64,000 nt of DNA, taken from assembly GCA_963700635.1 (NCBI GenBank), contig CAVOYH010000004.1, forward strand, positions 896,001-960,000, given 5' to 3'. This document shows, piece after piece, positions 18,947 through 29,498 of the stretch. Position numbers and translations under genes: made by a program. The stretch comes from an uncultured Bacteroidota bacterium (GTDB lineage: Bacteria; Bacteroidota; Ignavibacteria; UBA10030; UBA6906). How positions within the stretch are numbered: position 1 is the first letter of the stretch; each line of letters opens with the position of its first letter. Under the pieces are notes generated by a model. That model saw only the letters and a program-made list of their open reading frames with translations, ran no database searches and was not told the origin of the DNA.

Positions 18947-19894
18947 TCAGGATTGTGGCAAACCCTGCGTGGCGCTGCCCGGCTTCTCCCGCGGGAAGAG
19001 CTGATACGCCGGCCCGAATTGCTCCAGGAATTCCAGGCTGAATGCGCGCATCGTGTACGATATCGGGAGCAGGACAACGGCGTTTATATACGGGATAATC
19101 AGGAACAGAAAGCCGATACAGCATGTAAGGACAGCAACCAGAATAATTCCGATCACTATGAGGATCCACAATACAAACGTGAACAGTCCGTACCCGATGA
19201 ACAAAAGAACATGGGAGCCGAAGAGGGGCAGAAAGTCGCGCAGAGCTGCCAGTACCCCGATTCTGGACCGGTACATGATGGGCACGACAAAATCCACGAC
19301 CATAAGGTTGACGAAGCCGGCCAACAGGAAAATCTTGATCAGGCCTAGACCGATTATGATGACGGGAACAATGAGCTCTGTGAGATCCCCTGAATGCTCA
19401 TAGACATTCAGAATAATCGAGTATCCGTAGACAAGAAGCGAACCGATAATCAGAAAAACAAAGAGCCCCACCGAGATGTTCCAGAAAAAGAGGGAGTTTC
19501 CCTCACTCCTGAGCTCATACCAGGGTTTGGCGACCTGCGCCCGATCATGGACTACGTTGTCCAGGAACATAAACTTTCCCCGGGAGCTCAACCAGGTGAG
19601 GAGGATCACCAGGATGAAGATCAGAATCACGCCGAGGATGATCGCTGTAAACCAGATGGGGTGGGCGTTAAGCCATTCCATTGCGTGTCGCGGGAAATAG
19701 ATCAGTTCTTCCAGATCACTCCGCCCCCCGGTGTGTTTCCCCCCTCCTCCCCCATTACCATGACAGTCCGTCAGTCCGGCGAGGAAGGCTGTAAATCCTA
19801 CAACAAACCACTTCCGCAGATCGAAGGGTCCAAACAAAGCCCGTCGCATACGGTTGAACGCCCGGGACAACGGCTCAAAGAAGCGTATCGGCAT
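18947..19894 (-). CDS. Multi-pass membrane protein of unknown function
   Basis: 315-aa ORF with about 6 hydrophobic segments, RBS GAGAGGAG. Confidence 0.75.
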   Translation of the reverse strand: MPIRFFEPLSRAFNRMRRALFGPFDLRKWFVVGFTAFLAGLTDCHGNGGGGGKHTGGRSDLEELIYFPRHAMEWLNAHPIWFTAIILGVILIFILVILLTWLSSRGKFMFLDNVVHDRAQVAKPWYELRSEGNSLFFWNISVGLFVFLIIGSLLVYGYSIILNVYEHSGDLTELIVPVIIIGLGLIKIFLLAGFVNLMVVDFVVPIMYRSRIGVLAALRDFLPLFGSHVLLFIGYGLFTFVLWILIVIGIILVAVLTCCIGFLFLIIPYINAVVLLPISYTMRAFSLEFLEQFGPAYQLFPREKPGSATQGLPQS

Positions 19895-19955
19895 TGTTTC
19901 CTCCTCTCGTCGATTGTGAGGTTGAGCGAGTTTGCCGGTGCGGGAACGGCACGAG

Positions 19956-21779
19956 TCACTCGGTTACTTCCAGTGTCCTGAAATCGAGCACGCGTCTTTG
20001 ATCCTTGTAGGTGAGCAAGAGTTGCTCACTGCCGACTTCCGCGTTGAGAAATGGCCCCTCGAACAACGGATATGTTGTCAGATCCACTGCCGAGCCGTTC
20101 AGTGTGCGGCGTTCGGGATAGATAAACTGCATTCGTGCATTGTCCAGCGTGACATACTCGATACGGACATCACCCGGGATCAGGGTTGCCTGCGGCAGAT
20201 GTGAGCGTAATCCAGAGCAGAAGCTCTCGAACGACCCCACTTCCGCTTCGGAGCGCACTTCGATGACATATCCGTTTTGCAGGTGATGACTCCTGAGGCG
20301 CCAGTGAACATGACCTTTGTCTGACCAGACCTTTTCCGCAGGCCCGATGCCGCTCTTTCCCTGTGCCGGCGTTTCATGTTCTTCCATCCAGACGTATTCC
20401 TGAAGAGGATACCATCCGACATAGGTTCGACCCGCCTTGCAGAAAATCCATCCCGAACTGTCCACAAGACGGTTATCGAGGTTACCAGGGAAAAAACCGT
20501 CGATGTGCTCTGTCGTTGTGCCCGGTTCGATATCGTACAATACAATCAACGTGTTTTTGTGCTGGAATGTCCGCTCGAAGGGTGACCCCCCCGTCCACTT
20601 ATCCGGATTGTTGTAGGTTCCCTTCGACTGCGTGACGTCGGCAATAAGAGGTTTGAGCTCTTCGGGGAAGAACAACCCCAGCTCATAGGCGGACCAATAC
20701 GGATGAAGTCCGAAGATGGTGCTTGTGGGATAACAATGCCGGAAGCGCACTCCCCACGTGTGTTGCTGAATCGGCTGCAGGAGACCGCCCTGCAGCGCTC
20801 CCAGGCCGTACTCTGCCGTCACGTATGTCTGCTTGTAGACGGGGGGATTCCGCTCCGTCCCGAAGCGGATGACATTGCGCACTCGTTTCCGTTCTTTATG
20901 GAGATACGGCGCAGAACGATCTGTGGCAATCTTGTAGATAATCTCGGGGAGGCGATAGTTGCCGATCGCCGGGAGGAGTACCCAATGGCTTTGCGTCGGG
21001 TCCCCGGTCCCGAAAAACAGATAGGCAAATGCCGAAGCACCCGAGAGTAAGGGCTTGAACACGGCGGGCTGGTATATCCGGCTGAAACCGCCAAGATACT
21101 GACCGTCCAGCTGATCAACGGCAAAATCAGCAAGAAGATAATCCAGCAGCATGCTCGCGCGTTTACGCATCGCCCGGTCACTCGCATTATCCGCAAGCAG
21201 CGACAGGGCGACTGCATATTCAGTGAAGTAGTCAGGAGTGTCAAATTCTCCCTGCCCGATCGTCGTGGTGATCCGGGTCCAGTGTTCAAGGTATTCACGC
21301 GCTTCGGCCAGATTCTCATCCGAACTTTTCCCGTTGAACCACTCCGACCCGGAAAGTCCGGGCCACTGTTCCGCTGCGAGAAAGAGCGAAGAGTAGTACA
21401 TGGCCCAGTGGTTTTCCGTGTCCCCCCTGTACGGCGTGTAGGTCTTCCAGGCGTTTCGCACGGCCGCTTCTGTTGCGGGTGACATCTTGTCCTTTCCGTG
21501 GAGATACGCGCCGATCACAGGGTACATCCAGAACATATCCCCCCTGCAGTCACGCAGCAGCACCTGAAACATGCTGTCGGCAATCCGGATCCCATTTCCC
21601 GCTGCATACCGTGCCGCCACAACAGTATAATTTAACGCCGTGGATGTGTCAAACGCGGACACTATGTGCCGGGCACGCTGATCAAAGGCGGCCAGATACT
21701 CTTCCCGCGTCTGGTGCTGGGCGGTCGCCTGTGAGAAACAGAAAAAGACAGTGCACACGATAAAAGGGACTAGCTTCAT
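19956..21779 (-). CDS. Secreted hypothetical protein, possibly heparinase II/III-like lyase fold
   Basis: Signal peptide; helical N-half with 'TENH' and 'GEFD.PDY', beta-rich C-half; function inferred only. Confidence 0.65.
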   Translation of the reverse strand: MKLVPFIVCTVFFCFSQATAQHQTREEYLAAFDQRARHIVSAFDTSTALNYTVVAARYAAGNGIRIADSMFQVLLRDCRGDMFWMYPVIGAYLHGKDKMSPATEAAVRNAWKTYTPYRGDTENHWAMYYSSLFLAAEQWPGLSGSEWFNGKSSDENLAEAREYLEHWTRITTTIGQGEFDTPDYFTEYAVALSLLADNASDRAMRKRASMLLDYLLADFAVDQLDGQYLGGFSRIYQPAVFKPLLSGASAFAYLFFGTGDPTQSHWVLLPAIGNYRLPEIIYKIATDRSAPYLHKERKRVRNVIRFGTERNPPVYKQTYVTAEYGLGALQGGLLQPIQQHTWGVRFRHCYPTSTIFGLHPYWSAYELGLFFPEELKPLIADVTQSKGTYNNPDKWTGGSPFERTFQHKNTLIVLYDIEPGTTTEHIDGFFPGNLDNRLVDSSGWIFCKAGRTYVGWYPLQEYVWMEEHETPAQGKSGIGPAEKVWSDKGHVHWRLRSHHLQNGYVIEVRSEAEVGSFESFCSGLRSHLPQATLIPGDVRIEYVTLDNARMQFIYPERRTLNGSAVDLTTYPLFEGPFLNAEVGSEQLLLTYKDQRRVLDFRTLEVTE

Positions 21780-21892
21780 GGGAATGCTCAGTAGGTGCGG
21801 GTGATTACAGTTATCTCTCGACTGTAATATACGACTCCAGAGACAAGGAAACAGTCTGGCCTGGAATTTTCAGGCGGGTATCGGCTTCAAGG

Positions 21893-21917
21893 AAAGGCCC
21901 GGAAGTATTCCCGGGCC
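21893..21917 (-). terminator. Putative terminator after natB
   Basis: GGCCCGG/CCGGGCC stem followed by TTTCCTT on the minus strand. Confidence 0.5.
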
Positions 21918-21971
21918 AGCCACGTGAATGCAAGGTAGATGACGAACGGCCACGGTGTAACGACCGGATTG

Positions 21972-23168
21972 TTACGTGCCCCGGAAGATCGTTTCCTCCC
22001 GGCCGAACCATTTTGCGCATCCCCACAGACTCAACGAGGCAAGGATAGTGAGTGTCACATAGACCTCCACCAGAAGCAGCGGCTTGATGGTTCCGGCTAT
22101 GATCTCTTTTGTAGCCAGGGATACATTCAACACGGGAATCATTGCAGTGACCCAGTCGAGCTCCACACCTGGCATAATACCGACCAGAACTGGGAGAATA
22201 ATCACGATGGAAAGCGGACTGATCAGGCTCTGGGCCTCCTTAAATGATTTTGAGAAAATAGACAACCCCAGAAGTATCGCCGCAAAGAATACGGTGAGTG
22301 GCAGCAGGAGCGACAACACAAGGACGATGGTCTGCAGGTCAAGGATACCCCTAATCAACTGCATCAACTCCTGCGGGATCTCCGGTATCTGTTGAAAGGC
22401 GACATAGACGCCGAGAAGCGATACTACCGCACTGAGAATACCGGCCAGGACCACGACCGCAAACTTTCCCAGGAGGATTTGGAATCGGGTGATCGGCGCG
22501 GTCAGGAGGGTTTCCATGGTCCCCCGCTCCTTTTCTCCGGCAGCCAGATCAATGGCGGGATACATGGCACCCAGAAAACAGAATATGACAAAGAAATATG
22601 GGACCATCCCCCCGACCGCTTTTCCAAAACGTTCCTTGGCTGAGGCGACGTCGTGTTCGTGCACCTTGACCACGTTTACGATGTTCTCATCCAGATCCAA
22701 TGTCTTGAACCGCGCGGCCGTCAGGGACTTCTGGAATCGTTCGATTACAGCCCTCAGGCGTCGTTTGACCATATCATAATCTTCGGAAGACTTGTAGTAC
22801 AGAGTGATGTTGCCGGAGCGCAGCTGACGCACTTCAGCGTCAAAATCCCGCGCAACAACGATAAACGCATCGAGGCTGTCGCGATTGACAAACTCGTACG
22901 CGCTGTCTGAGGAAATGCCCTCGATCGTTCGAAGCCCGCGGGTCTGCAGCAGCTCTTTTGCCAGGTCGGGCGCATTCTCGTTTGTTACCAGTCCGACCCG
23001 GATGATCTTCTCCTCTGCCTTTTGCATGGAAGAGGTCTGGAGTTTTGTGACAACCGTCAGGAGCAACGGCACGAGCAGCAAGGGAAAAATGATCATGAAG
23101 AACAGCGTCCGCCGGTCGCGGATCGTGTCGGTAAATTCTTTCCGGAAGATTGTTACAAAATGGTTCAT
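21972..23168 (-). CDS. natB: ABC transporter permease, NatB family
   Basis: 'RKEFTDTIRDRRTL', 'AIDLAAGEKERGTMETLL.AP', 'SFKEAQS'. Confidence 0.88.
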   Translation of the reverse strand: MNHFVTIFRKEFTDTIRDRRTLFFMIIFPLLLVPLLLTVVTKLQTSSMQKAEEKIIRVGLVTNENAPDLAKELLQTRGLRTIEGISSDSAYEFVNRDSLDAFIVVARDFDAEVRQLRSGNITLYYKSSEDYDMVKRRLRAVIERFQKSLTAARFKTLDLDENIVNVVKVHEHDVASAKERFGKAVGGMVPYFFVIFCFLGAMYPAIDLAAGEKERGTMETLLTAPITRFQILLGKFAVVVLAGILSAVVSLLGVYVAFQQIPEIPQELMQLIRGILDLQTIVLVLSLLLPLTVFFAAILLGLSIFSKSFKEAQSLISPLSIVIILPVLVGIMPGVELDWVTAMIPVLNVSLATKEIIAGTIKPLLLVEVYVTLTILASLSLWGCAKWFGREETIFRGT

Positions 23169-23169
23169 G

Positions 23170-23937
23170 TCAGGCTCCCTCCACCAGGCGGACGAACTCG
23201 TCTTCAACGGATGCCGTCTGCATCTGGTCCTGAAAATCCGTAAAACTGCCGTTAAAAATCAACGATCCGCGGTGGATGATGGCCAGGTCGTCACTGAGCA
23301 GGCTTACCTCCCCCATCCGGTGCGTGGAGAATATTACTGTCTTTTTCTGGGTGCGGCAGTCCTTGATCAGCTGGATGATACTCCGGGAGGAGATCACGTC
23401 GAGAGCCGCCGTGGGTTCATCGAACACTACCACGTCGGGGTCATGAATGATCGTGCGCGCGATGGAGACCTTCTGTTTCATCCCGGTCGATAGTTTGCCG
23501 ATTCTTCGTTTGGCAAATTCGTGGATTCCCAGAAGTGAAAAGAGCTCATCGCGTCGATGACTGTATGTTTGTGCATCCATCCCGTGCAGGTCTGCATAAT
23601 ACTTGACCATCTCATCCGGTGTAAGGCGGTCGTAGAGTCCGGTGTTCCCGGTGAGGAAGCCCATCCTCTTTCTGGCCTCCACGGGGTTTCTGGCAACATC
23701 AAAGCCCATCAGGGTGATCGCACCGGCGGTGGGTACGAGCATCGTGGCTATCAGGCGTAACGTGGTCGTTTTTCCCGCACCGTTTGGTCCAAGCAGAGTA
23801 AAGACCCGGCCGGGATTACACGTAAAACTGACATCCTGCACGGCGTCCACTGTTTTGCCGGAGAATCCGGGGCCCATATCCCGGCGTTGTTGCCGGGAGA
23901 CCTTGAAGGTTTTTGTGAGATGTTCAACAGTGATCAT
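23170..23937 (-). CDS. natA: ABC transporter ATP-binding protein, NatA family
   Basis: Walker A GPNGAGKT, signature LSTGMKQ, Walker B VVVFDEP. Confidence 0.9.
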   Translation of the reverse strand: MITVEHLTKTFKVSRQQRRDMGPGFSGKTVDAVQDVSFTCNPGRVFTLLGPNGAGKTTTLRLIATMLVPTAGAITLMGFDVARNPVEARKRMGFLTGNTGLYDRLTPDEMVKYYADLHGMDAQTYSHRRDELFSLLGIHEFAKRRIGKLSTGMKQKVSIARTIIHDPDVVVFDEPTAALDVISSRSIIQLIKDCRTQKKTVIFSTHRMGEVSLLSDDLAIIHRGSLIFNGSFTDFQDQMQTASVEDEFVRLVEGA

Positions 23938-23968
23938 AACTGTTTCCGGAATCAGCGGTGATTGGAGT

Positions 23969-25006
23969 TCAGGGGCGGCGGTGGTACAGCGCTACCAGAG
24001 CGGCGCCAATGGCTTGTGAGAGATCCCCGAGTGCAGCCGGGACAACGGTGATGCGTCCGCGCTGTGCAGGCCAGAGCCACGGTTCCATGGTGTCACGAAC
24101 TATCCGGAGATAGCGTAGGCGGAATTCTTCGGTCGTCGACTCGGGATCCATGAGTCCCCCGCCGATGACCACGAACTCGGCATCCAGCGCCATGACGAGA
24201 TTGGCGGCATGCAAACCCATCACCCTGGCCTGAAAATCAAAAATTTCAACTGCCAGCGGATCCCCCTTCTGGGCCAGCCCGCGCAGGCTCAGGGCTTTCT
24301 CCTTTGCGCTCAATGGCGACCGTGCGAGCTCATGATCAGGATATTTGGCCAATTTGTCAGTCAGCAGGTGTGGCAGGCCGGAGATGGTCGTGTAGACCTC
24401 CACACAGCCCCACGTGCGGCCGCAGCCGCACGGATACGCCTTTGTATCCAGAAGGTGTAGCGGCGCAGGCATGTGCCCGGCTTCCATACCGTTGAGTGTA
24501 TCACCATCCAGCGGGAGGCCGCTCGCGCCGATATAGGCAGTGCCCAATCCGGAACCGGGGGCCAGCATCACGACAGAGCTTTTACTCTTGCCGCGTGCAT
24601 GTTGCGCCTCAGCCACACCCCCGTAATTCCCATCATTCCCGACCACAAGCGGAACAGTACGTCCCGCACGTTCGCATAGTGCGCTGCTGTATGCAGTGTA
24701 AAAATCCCATCCCTCAAAATTCGCCGGGAGGTTGGGCGAGCGGTCCATCACGCCGTACGCCTTGTACGGTCCGGGCATGGCCAACCCTACACCCTGCACC
24801 TGATCCCACGTCAGGGTATTACGGATCAAATATTCATTCACGCCCTCCATCCATCCGCGGACGACAGCCGTGGTACCCGATTCAGCGTTCGTCGGCTGTT
24901 GTGCCAGCCTGGTTGAAATGGTGCTGCCGTCCTCCCACACACCGCCGGTTTTGGACGAAGTTGCACCGCTATCCGTGCCGATATAGACCTGACGTCTTCC
25001 GCTCAT
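23969..25006 (-). CDS. ROK family sugar kinase
   Basis: 'GTDSGATSSK', 'GVGLAMPG', 'NDGN', 'GSGLG', 'EAGH...CGCG..GCVE'; no HTH. Confidence 0.88.
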   Translation of the reverse strand: MSGRRQVYIGTDSGATSSKTGGVWEDGSTISTRLAQQPTNAESGTTAVVRGWMEGVNEYLIRNTLTWDQVQGVGLAMPGPYKAYGVMDRSPNLPANFEGWDFYTAYSSALCERAGRTVPLVVGNDGNYGGVAEAQHARGKSKSSVVMLAPGSGLGTAYIGASGLPLDGDTLNGMEAGHMPAPLHLLDTKAYPCGCGRTWGCVEVYTTISGLPHLLTDKLAKYPDHELARSPLSAKEKALSLRGLAQKGDPLAVEIFDFQARVMGLHAANLVMALDAEFVVIGGGLMDPESTTEEFRLRYLRIVRDTMEPWLWPAQRGRITVVPAALGDLSQAIGAALVALYHRRP

Positions 25007-25092
25007 AGACCTGCCTTCTTTTCGTTGAATTAGGAAATTTCCATCCGGAACAACATAGTGAATTTGAGCGGAAATCTCTACTACAGACATAT

Positions 25093-25118
25093 GAAAAGCC
25101 CCGGTTTCGGCCGGGGCT
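25093..25118 (-). terminator. Rho-independent terminator
   Basis: AGCCCCGGCC-GAAA-CCGGGGCT followed by TTTC on the minus strand, downstream of the LamG gene. Confidence 0.7.
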
Positions 25119-25245
25119 GGATGGTGGGTCGAACGTGGGACCAACCCGCCAGGAACTCGGCTTTCCCGAGTTCAGGCTGCGCAAAACAGTTCCAGCCACA
25201 ACGATCGGGAGCGCGCCCGTATCATTCGGCTGGTATCAGGTGATC

Positions 25246-27723
25246 CTATTTCAAGAGAAGAAGCTTTCGGGTCTGGGCAAAAGGCCCTGCCGTCATTCTG
25301 AAGAAGTAGATTCCGCTGGCAAAATTGGATCCGTCAAACTCGACTTCGTAGTTCCCCGGAGATTCCACCCGGTTTGTTAGGAGTGCGACTTCCCTTCCCA
25401 GCAGATCATACACAGCCAGCCTGACATGATCCTCGCCCCCCGACTCACCCATCACGGACCCAACGGCATACCGTATCCTCGTCCTGGGATTAAATGGGTT
25501 CGGGTAGTTTTGTTCGAGGGCGTATTCCAATGGTGTCGGTTCCTCTCTTTCGACCGGCACAAGTGCATCCGTAGGCCAGTTCATTACGTATCTTGCATCA
25601 CCACCGAGACCCAGTTTTGCACCGCCGGGAAGCAACAATCCTGAAAATGCCGGGCCCCTCTTCTGCGCATTCATCGGGAAGCTATCCTGGGAAACATAAT
25701 AAAGATAAATCCTCGTTTCTCCCGGAGGTACCGTGACGTTTCTCCACTCCCAGTAGAGCTGATTCTGAACAAGCGACACGGAGTCGACCCTATGGGCGCC
25801 GCCCACACCGTCGAAGATATGAACCAGATTCGGCTGCATGCCTGATGGAGCACTATCGTCGGTCCAGATCCACCGGTCGTCCGGGGTAAAAAGCGAATCA
25901 CCGCTTGACGTCGCGATCACCACAGGCGGATTGGCCCCCAGGTCGGACAATACAGAGACCTTTACCGTAATCGGGGCTGTCGTGGGATTCGTGAGAATAT
26001 CCTGGATACGCATGTAGCCGAGCGTGTCACCCTGGGCTGCAGTGGGAACGAAAAACTTGCGGACAACCGACAGTCCGGTGATCTCCTGCGGTCCAAAAAG
26101 GAACTGCCGGCTGTCTAGATCGGTCGCCGTATAGTCAGGATTGGCCGTAAACCATGTATCGTCGATTTTCAACATATACCCATTGGCGTAAGCGTAATTC
26201 ATGCCGGTGCAGAGTTGCACCGCCGTGCCGACCGCAGCGGGATCATAGAACATATCATGGATGTCCGCGAGCCCTTTGAACCCGCCCCAATAGTATTCAT
26301 ATGTTGCCTCGTTGGGACTGACGCGAAAATAGTAGGTGCCGGAGGCCGGAAATCTGTAGTTCTGATAATAGCTTGGGAACGTCTTGGTGAGCTCTTCGGT
26401 GGCGGAATGCAACGACAGCAGTCCGCTACCACACCCAACTCCCTGAAGTGAGTAGGGAAAGAAGCCAATCTCGCCGCTCTCGGCTGTGTACGCGTAATAG
26501 TCCGTATCCGGAGCCACAACGCCGGCGTCCAGACCTGGAAAGAGCGTCGCGAGGCCGGTTTCGCCCCACGGGCGTGGTGTGGCCTGTGCCAGCGTATTGT
26601 TCGGCTCGTATTGATCCTTAGAGAATCTTGACCCCATAAAATTTGTCCGGAGTGTGTACGATCCTCCTGCCCCGCTACGATTGACGACGCGGAGATAGTG
26701 GTAGCCGGGAGCGGACACGGCAGTATAGAAACGAGGGTAACCGCTATCATATGTTGTGATTTGCTGGATGGAATCACGTCCATAGAAACTGATGCTCAGG
26801 TCTCCGGACTCGCCTGAATTCTTCGCGGCACTTTCAATTCTCAGGAGGTCCCCCGGCCATGTCCAGACCTTGTAGCAGTCCGTATCAGCGGGAGCAATTG
26901 TCGCCTCAAGGACCCAGTTTTCAAAGTTCAACGGGGTTGCGTTTGCAAAGAAACCATTCGGTTCATGCTCGTTCATGAAGGCCATGGGCCATTCCACCTG
27001 GATGAGACAATGTTGCGCGCTGAAGGTGCCATCTAATCCACCCGACAATGCGCGGTTCCACGCAACGGTGTCGCGGATGTCCTCGAAATGATACACTGCG
27101 ACAAGACCCGGCTCGTTCCCCTTTGCCTCGTGATTCCACAGGCCCGAGATCTCGGACTCCGAGCGGATGCCAGACCAGATTCTGACTTCATCACACGCAC
27201 CCACAAGCTCATCCCCCAGGGCGCTCTTTCCGATCCGCAGGGCTGTTGCGTTGTTTTCGAAACGTACGATGGCCCCGGTGTGGACGTCTGTCAACACGCC
27301 ATTCTTGTAGAAGAGAACGTGATCTGCCACGGTGTCGATGCTCACGGCGAGATGGGTCCACGTGAGGTTGTCCGAAGCGATCCGGGGTCCGTAGAACGTC
27401 CCCCCCGCCATCACGGCCACATCAACACTGTCAGTTCGCCCCGAAATTGGGGAGACACCGACGGAAAAACCGGTAGTGTAATCCTTGTCCACTGCTGCCC
27501 CATAGGATCCCGACTGCGGCCCCGGCCTAAGCCAGAGTTCAATTGTCAGCTGCGGTGTAAGATCAAGCGGGGCGGCATGCGGAACAACGACGGAGCCGTT
27601 CGTTGCATCTAGTACAGCGTTCTGATTGACCTGGGCGGAGAGCGGAGAAGCGAGTAGAGTGAATAAGAACAGCACAAGCAGTATGCTCGACCCCCGAGGG
27701 GTGCGCACCGTGGATGAGCACAT
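25246..27723 (-). CDS. T9SS cargo protein with LamG-like and two PPC-like domains
   Basis: 'LTIELW...WTHLAV...G..DEVRIW' (LamG); 'EHEPN..ANAT', 'DQYEPNNT..QAT'; CTD 'LEQNYPNPFNP'. Confidence 0.85.
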   Translation of the reverse strand: MCSSTVRTPRGSSILLVLFLFTLLASPLSAQVNQNAVLDATNGSVVVPHAAPLDLTPQLTIELWLRPGPQSGSYGAAVDKDYTTGFSVGVSPISGRTDSVDVAVMAGGTFYGPRIASDNLTWTHLAVSIDTVADHVLFYKNGVLTDVHTGAIVRFENNATALRIGKSALGDELVGACDEVRIWSGIRSESEISGLWNHEAKGNEPGLVAVYHFEDIRDTVAWNRALSGGLDGTFSAQHCLIQVEWPMAFMNEHEPNGFFANATPLNFENWVLEATIAPADTDCYKVWTWPGDLLRIESAAKNSGESGDLSISFYGRDSIQQITTYDSGYPRFYTAVSAPGYHYLRVVNRSGAGGSYTLRTNFMGSRFSKDQYEPNNTLAQATPRPWGETGLATLFPGLDAGVVAPDTDYYAYTAESGEIGFFPYSLQGVGCGSGLLSLHSATEELTKTFPSYYQNYRFPASGTYYFRVSPNEATYEYYWGGFKGLADIHDMFYDPAAVGTAVQLCTGMNYAYANGYMLKIDDTWFTANPDYTATDLDSRQFLFGPQEITGLSVVRKFFVPTAAQGDTLGYMRIQDILTNPTTAPITVKVSVLSDLGANPPVVIATSSGDSLFTPDDRWIWTDDSAPSGMQPNLVHIFDGVGGAHRVDSVSLVQNQLYWEWRNVTVPPGETRIYLYYVSQDSFPMNAQKRGPAFSGLLLPGGAKLGLGGDARYVMNWPTDALVPVEREEPTPLEYALEQNYPNPFNPRTRIRYAVGSVMGESGGEDHVRLAVYDLLGREVALLTNRVESPGNYEVEFDGSNFASGIYFFRMTAGPFAQTRKLLLLK

Positions 27724-27924
27724 TGGGCCTCCTGCGGGATGAGAAGGGTGCGGGCAGCGGAATTGTCAGGATCTGCCCTAAAATTACGGAGACAGAGAGC
27801 GAATCCGCAATCCCCTGAACACGGTATTCTTGGAGGGACGTCAAATCCCGAAGCTGCTGAGTTCGGGTTCCCTCCGTATCACGGGGCCACCCGGCGAGAT
27901 CGAGCTTGTTTTGGAAGGGGACAA

Positions 27925-28590
27925 CTACGACACAAGTGTGTTCAAATACTCCACGGCTTCATGGGGGTTGGGTGATGTAAAATCGGCGCCAATCCGGCCA
28001 CCAAAATCACGCGTGATGGGAGCGCCGCCCACCAGTACTTTTATCTCAGGAAATGCCGCCTTGATGTCGCGGACGCTTTTTTCCATGCTGGGCATGGTTA
28101 TCGTAAGCAAGGCAGAAAGCCCCACGAAGCAACCGGGATGCTGTTCCAGGGCGGTCAGGAATTTGCTGGTCGGCACATCCACGCCGAGATCGATCACTTC
28201 AAATCCACCTCCGGTGGCAATCATGGACACAAGGTTTTTTCCAATGTCATGCAGATCGCCGGACACGGTTCCGATCACGAATTTCCCTTTCCGCTTCACC
28301 TCGCCGGATTCCAGAAATGGCTTGATATGTTTCAGGACGGCATTCATCGCTGCGGCGGAGATCACCAGATTTGTCACAGCTGCCTTCTTCTCACTGAACT
28401 CCTTTCCGATTCTGTCCATCCCCCGCATACATCCCTCCAGGAGGACGGTCGGCTTAATGCCATTTTTGAGTGCATCCGCTGCGACCTCGTCAGCGCCGTC
28501 CTGGTCCTTCATATCAGGCGGATACGGAGCCGATCTGTACACTTTCCCCCGGGCAATGCACATGGCGATTCGTTCTACATACTCTTCCAT
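27925..28590 (-). CDS. Corrinoid (B12-binding) protein, MtaC/MttC-like
   Basis: DxHxxG motif 'GDLHDIGKN', 'DLGVDV', 'GLSALLT', 'VGGAP'. Confidence 0.93.
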   Translation of the reverse strand: MEEYVERIAMCIARGKVYRSAPYPPDMKDQDGADEVAADALKNGIKPTVLLEGCMRGMDRIGKEFSEKKAAVTNLVISAAAMNAVLKHIKPFLESGEVKRKGKFVIGTVSGDLHDIGKNLVSMIATGGGFEVIDLGVDVPTSKFLTALEQHPGCFVGLSALLTITMPSMEKSVRDIKAAFPEIKVLVGGAPITRDFGGRIGADFTSPNPHEAVEYLNTLVS

Positions 28591-28601
28591 GATTCCTCTG
28601 C

Positions 28602-29498
28602 TTAGTGTGCTACGTGGAGACCCGCTTCTTTTACAAGTATTGGAGTAACACTTTCCCACAACGACGGCATGATATGAACACCACGCACACCACGGATATT
28701 CTTCAGCGCCCGGAGCATCTCGACGGCGATGGCAATCCCCTCTTCTTGTGGATCGCGCGCCTGGCCGAGCCGGGTGAAGTACTCCTCAGGTATCCTCACA
28801 CCGGGGAGTTTCTCTTTCATCCAGTGTAACGTCTTCACCGACCGTACAGGCATTACGCCGGGAAGGATTGCCGCCTGTTCATGCAGACCCATCTCGACCA
28901 CGCGATCCATCCAGCGTGTAAAAACTCCCAGGTCGAATACCGCCTGTGTCTGAATAAAACGCGCACCGGCTACAATCTTCTTGCGCAAACGAATTAACCG
29001 CATTTCAAACGGCTCTGCGAATGGATTTGCCGCCCCGCCGATGAGAAAATCAGGCGCTTTTTTCATCTCGGTCCCGGAGAGCAAGAACCCGCTGTTCATG
29101 GTGGCCACGGTGGCGATGAGCTGAATGGAATCAAGATCAAACACGCCTCTGGCTTCGGGCTGGTCGCCGAATGTCTGATGGTCTCCCGTCAGGCAAAGCA
29201 GGTTCCGGATGCCCAGTGCGGCAGCGCCAAGAAGATCACTTTGAATTGCGAGTCTGTTCCGATCCCGGCATGTCATCTGGATGATCGGTTCAATACCCTC
29301 ATCCAGGAGTATCCTTGCAGAGGAAATGCTCGACAGCCGAACGACGGCGCGCTGGTTGTCGGTAATATTCACCGCATCGACAAAACCCTTAAAATGCCTG
29401 GATCGTTCTCTGATGACATTACCATCACAGCTTTGTGGCGGGGCTATTTCTCCGCACACAACAAACTGATTGGATTCAAGCTTTTCCTGCAGCGTCAT
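28602..29498 (-). CDS. metF: Methylenetetrahydrofolate reductase
   Basis: 'EIAPP', 'NITDN', 'CRDRNRLAIQSDL', 'LTGD', 'GARFIQTQ.VFD'. Confidence 0.92.
   Translation of the reverse strand: MTLQEKLESNQFVVCGEIAPPQSCDGNVIRERSRHFKGFVDAVNITDNQRAVVRLSSISSARILLDEGIEPIIQMTCRDRNRLAIQSDLLGAAALGIRNLLCLTGDHQTFGDQPEARGVFDLDSIQLIATVATMNSGFLLSGTEMKKAPDFLIGGAANPFAEPFEMRLIRLRKKIVAGARFIQTQAVFDLGVFTRWMDRVVEMGLHEQAAILPGVMPVRSVKTLHWMKEKLPGVRIPEEYFTRLGQARDPQEEGIAIAVEMLRALKNIRGVRGVHIMPSLWESVTPILVKEAGLHVAH

Noticed and set aside
25120-25175. 'GTTCGACCCACCA' tRNA-3'-like end and nearby hairpin
   Set aside because: Spacing between T loop and CCA is too short for a tRNA remnant, and it does not match the tRNA-Lys end
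16102-27864. Short shared words (TGCTGAGTTC, ATCCGCAAT) upstream of two T9SS genes
   Set aside because: Order and spacing differ between the two sites, compatible with chance
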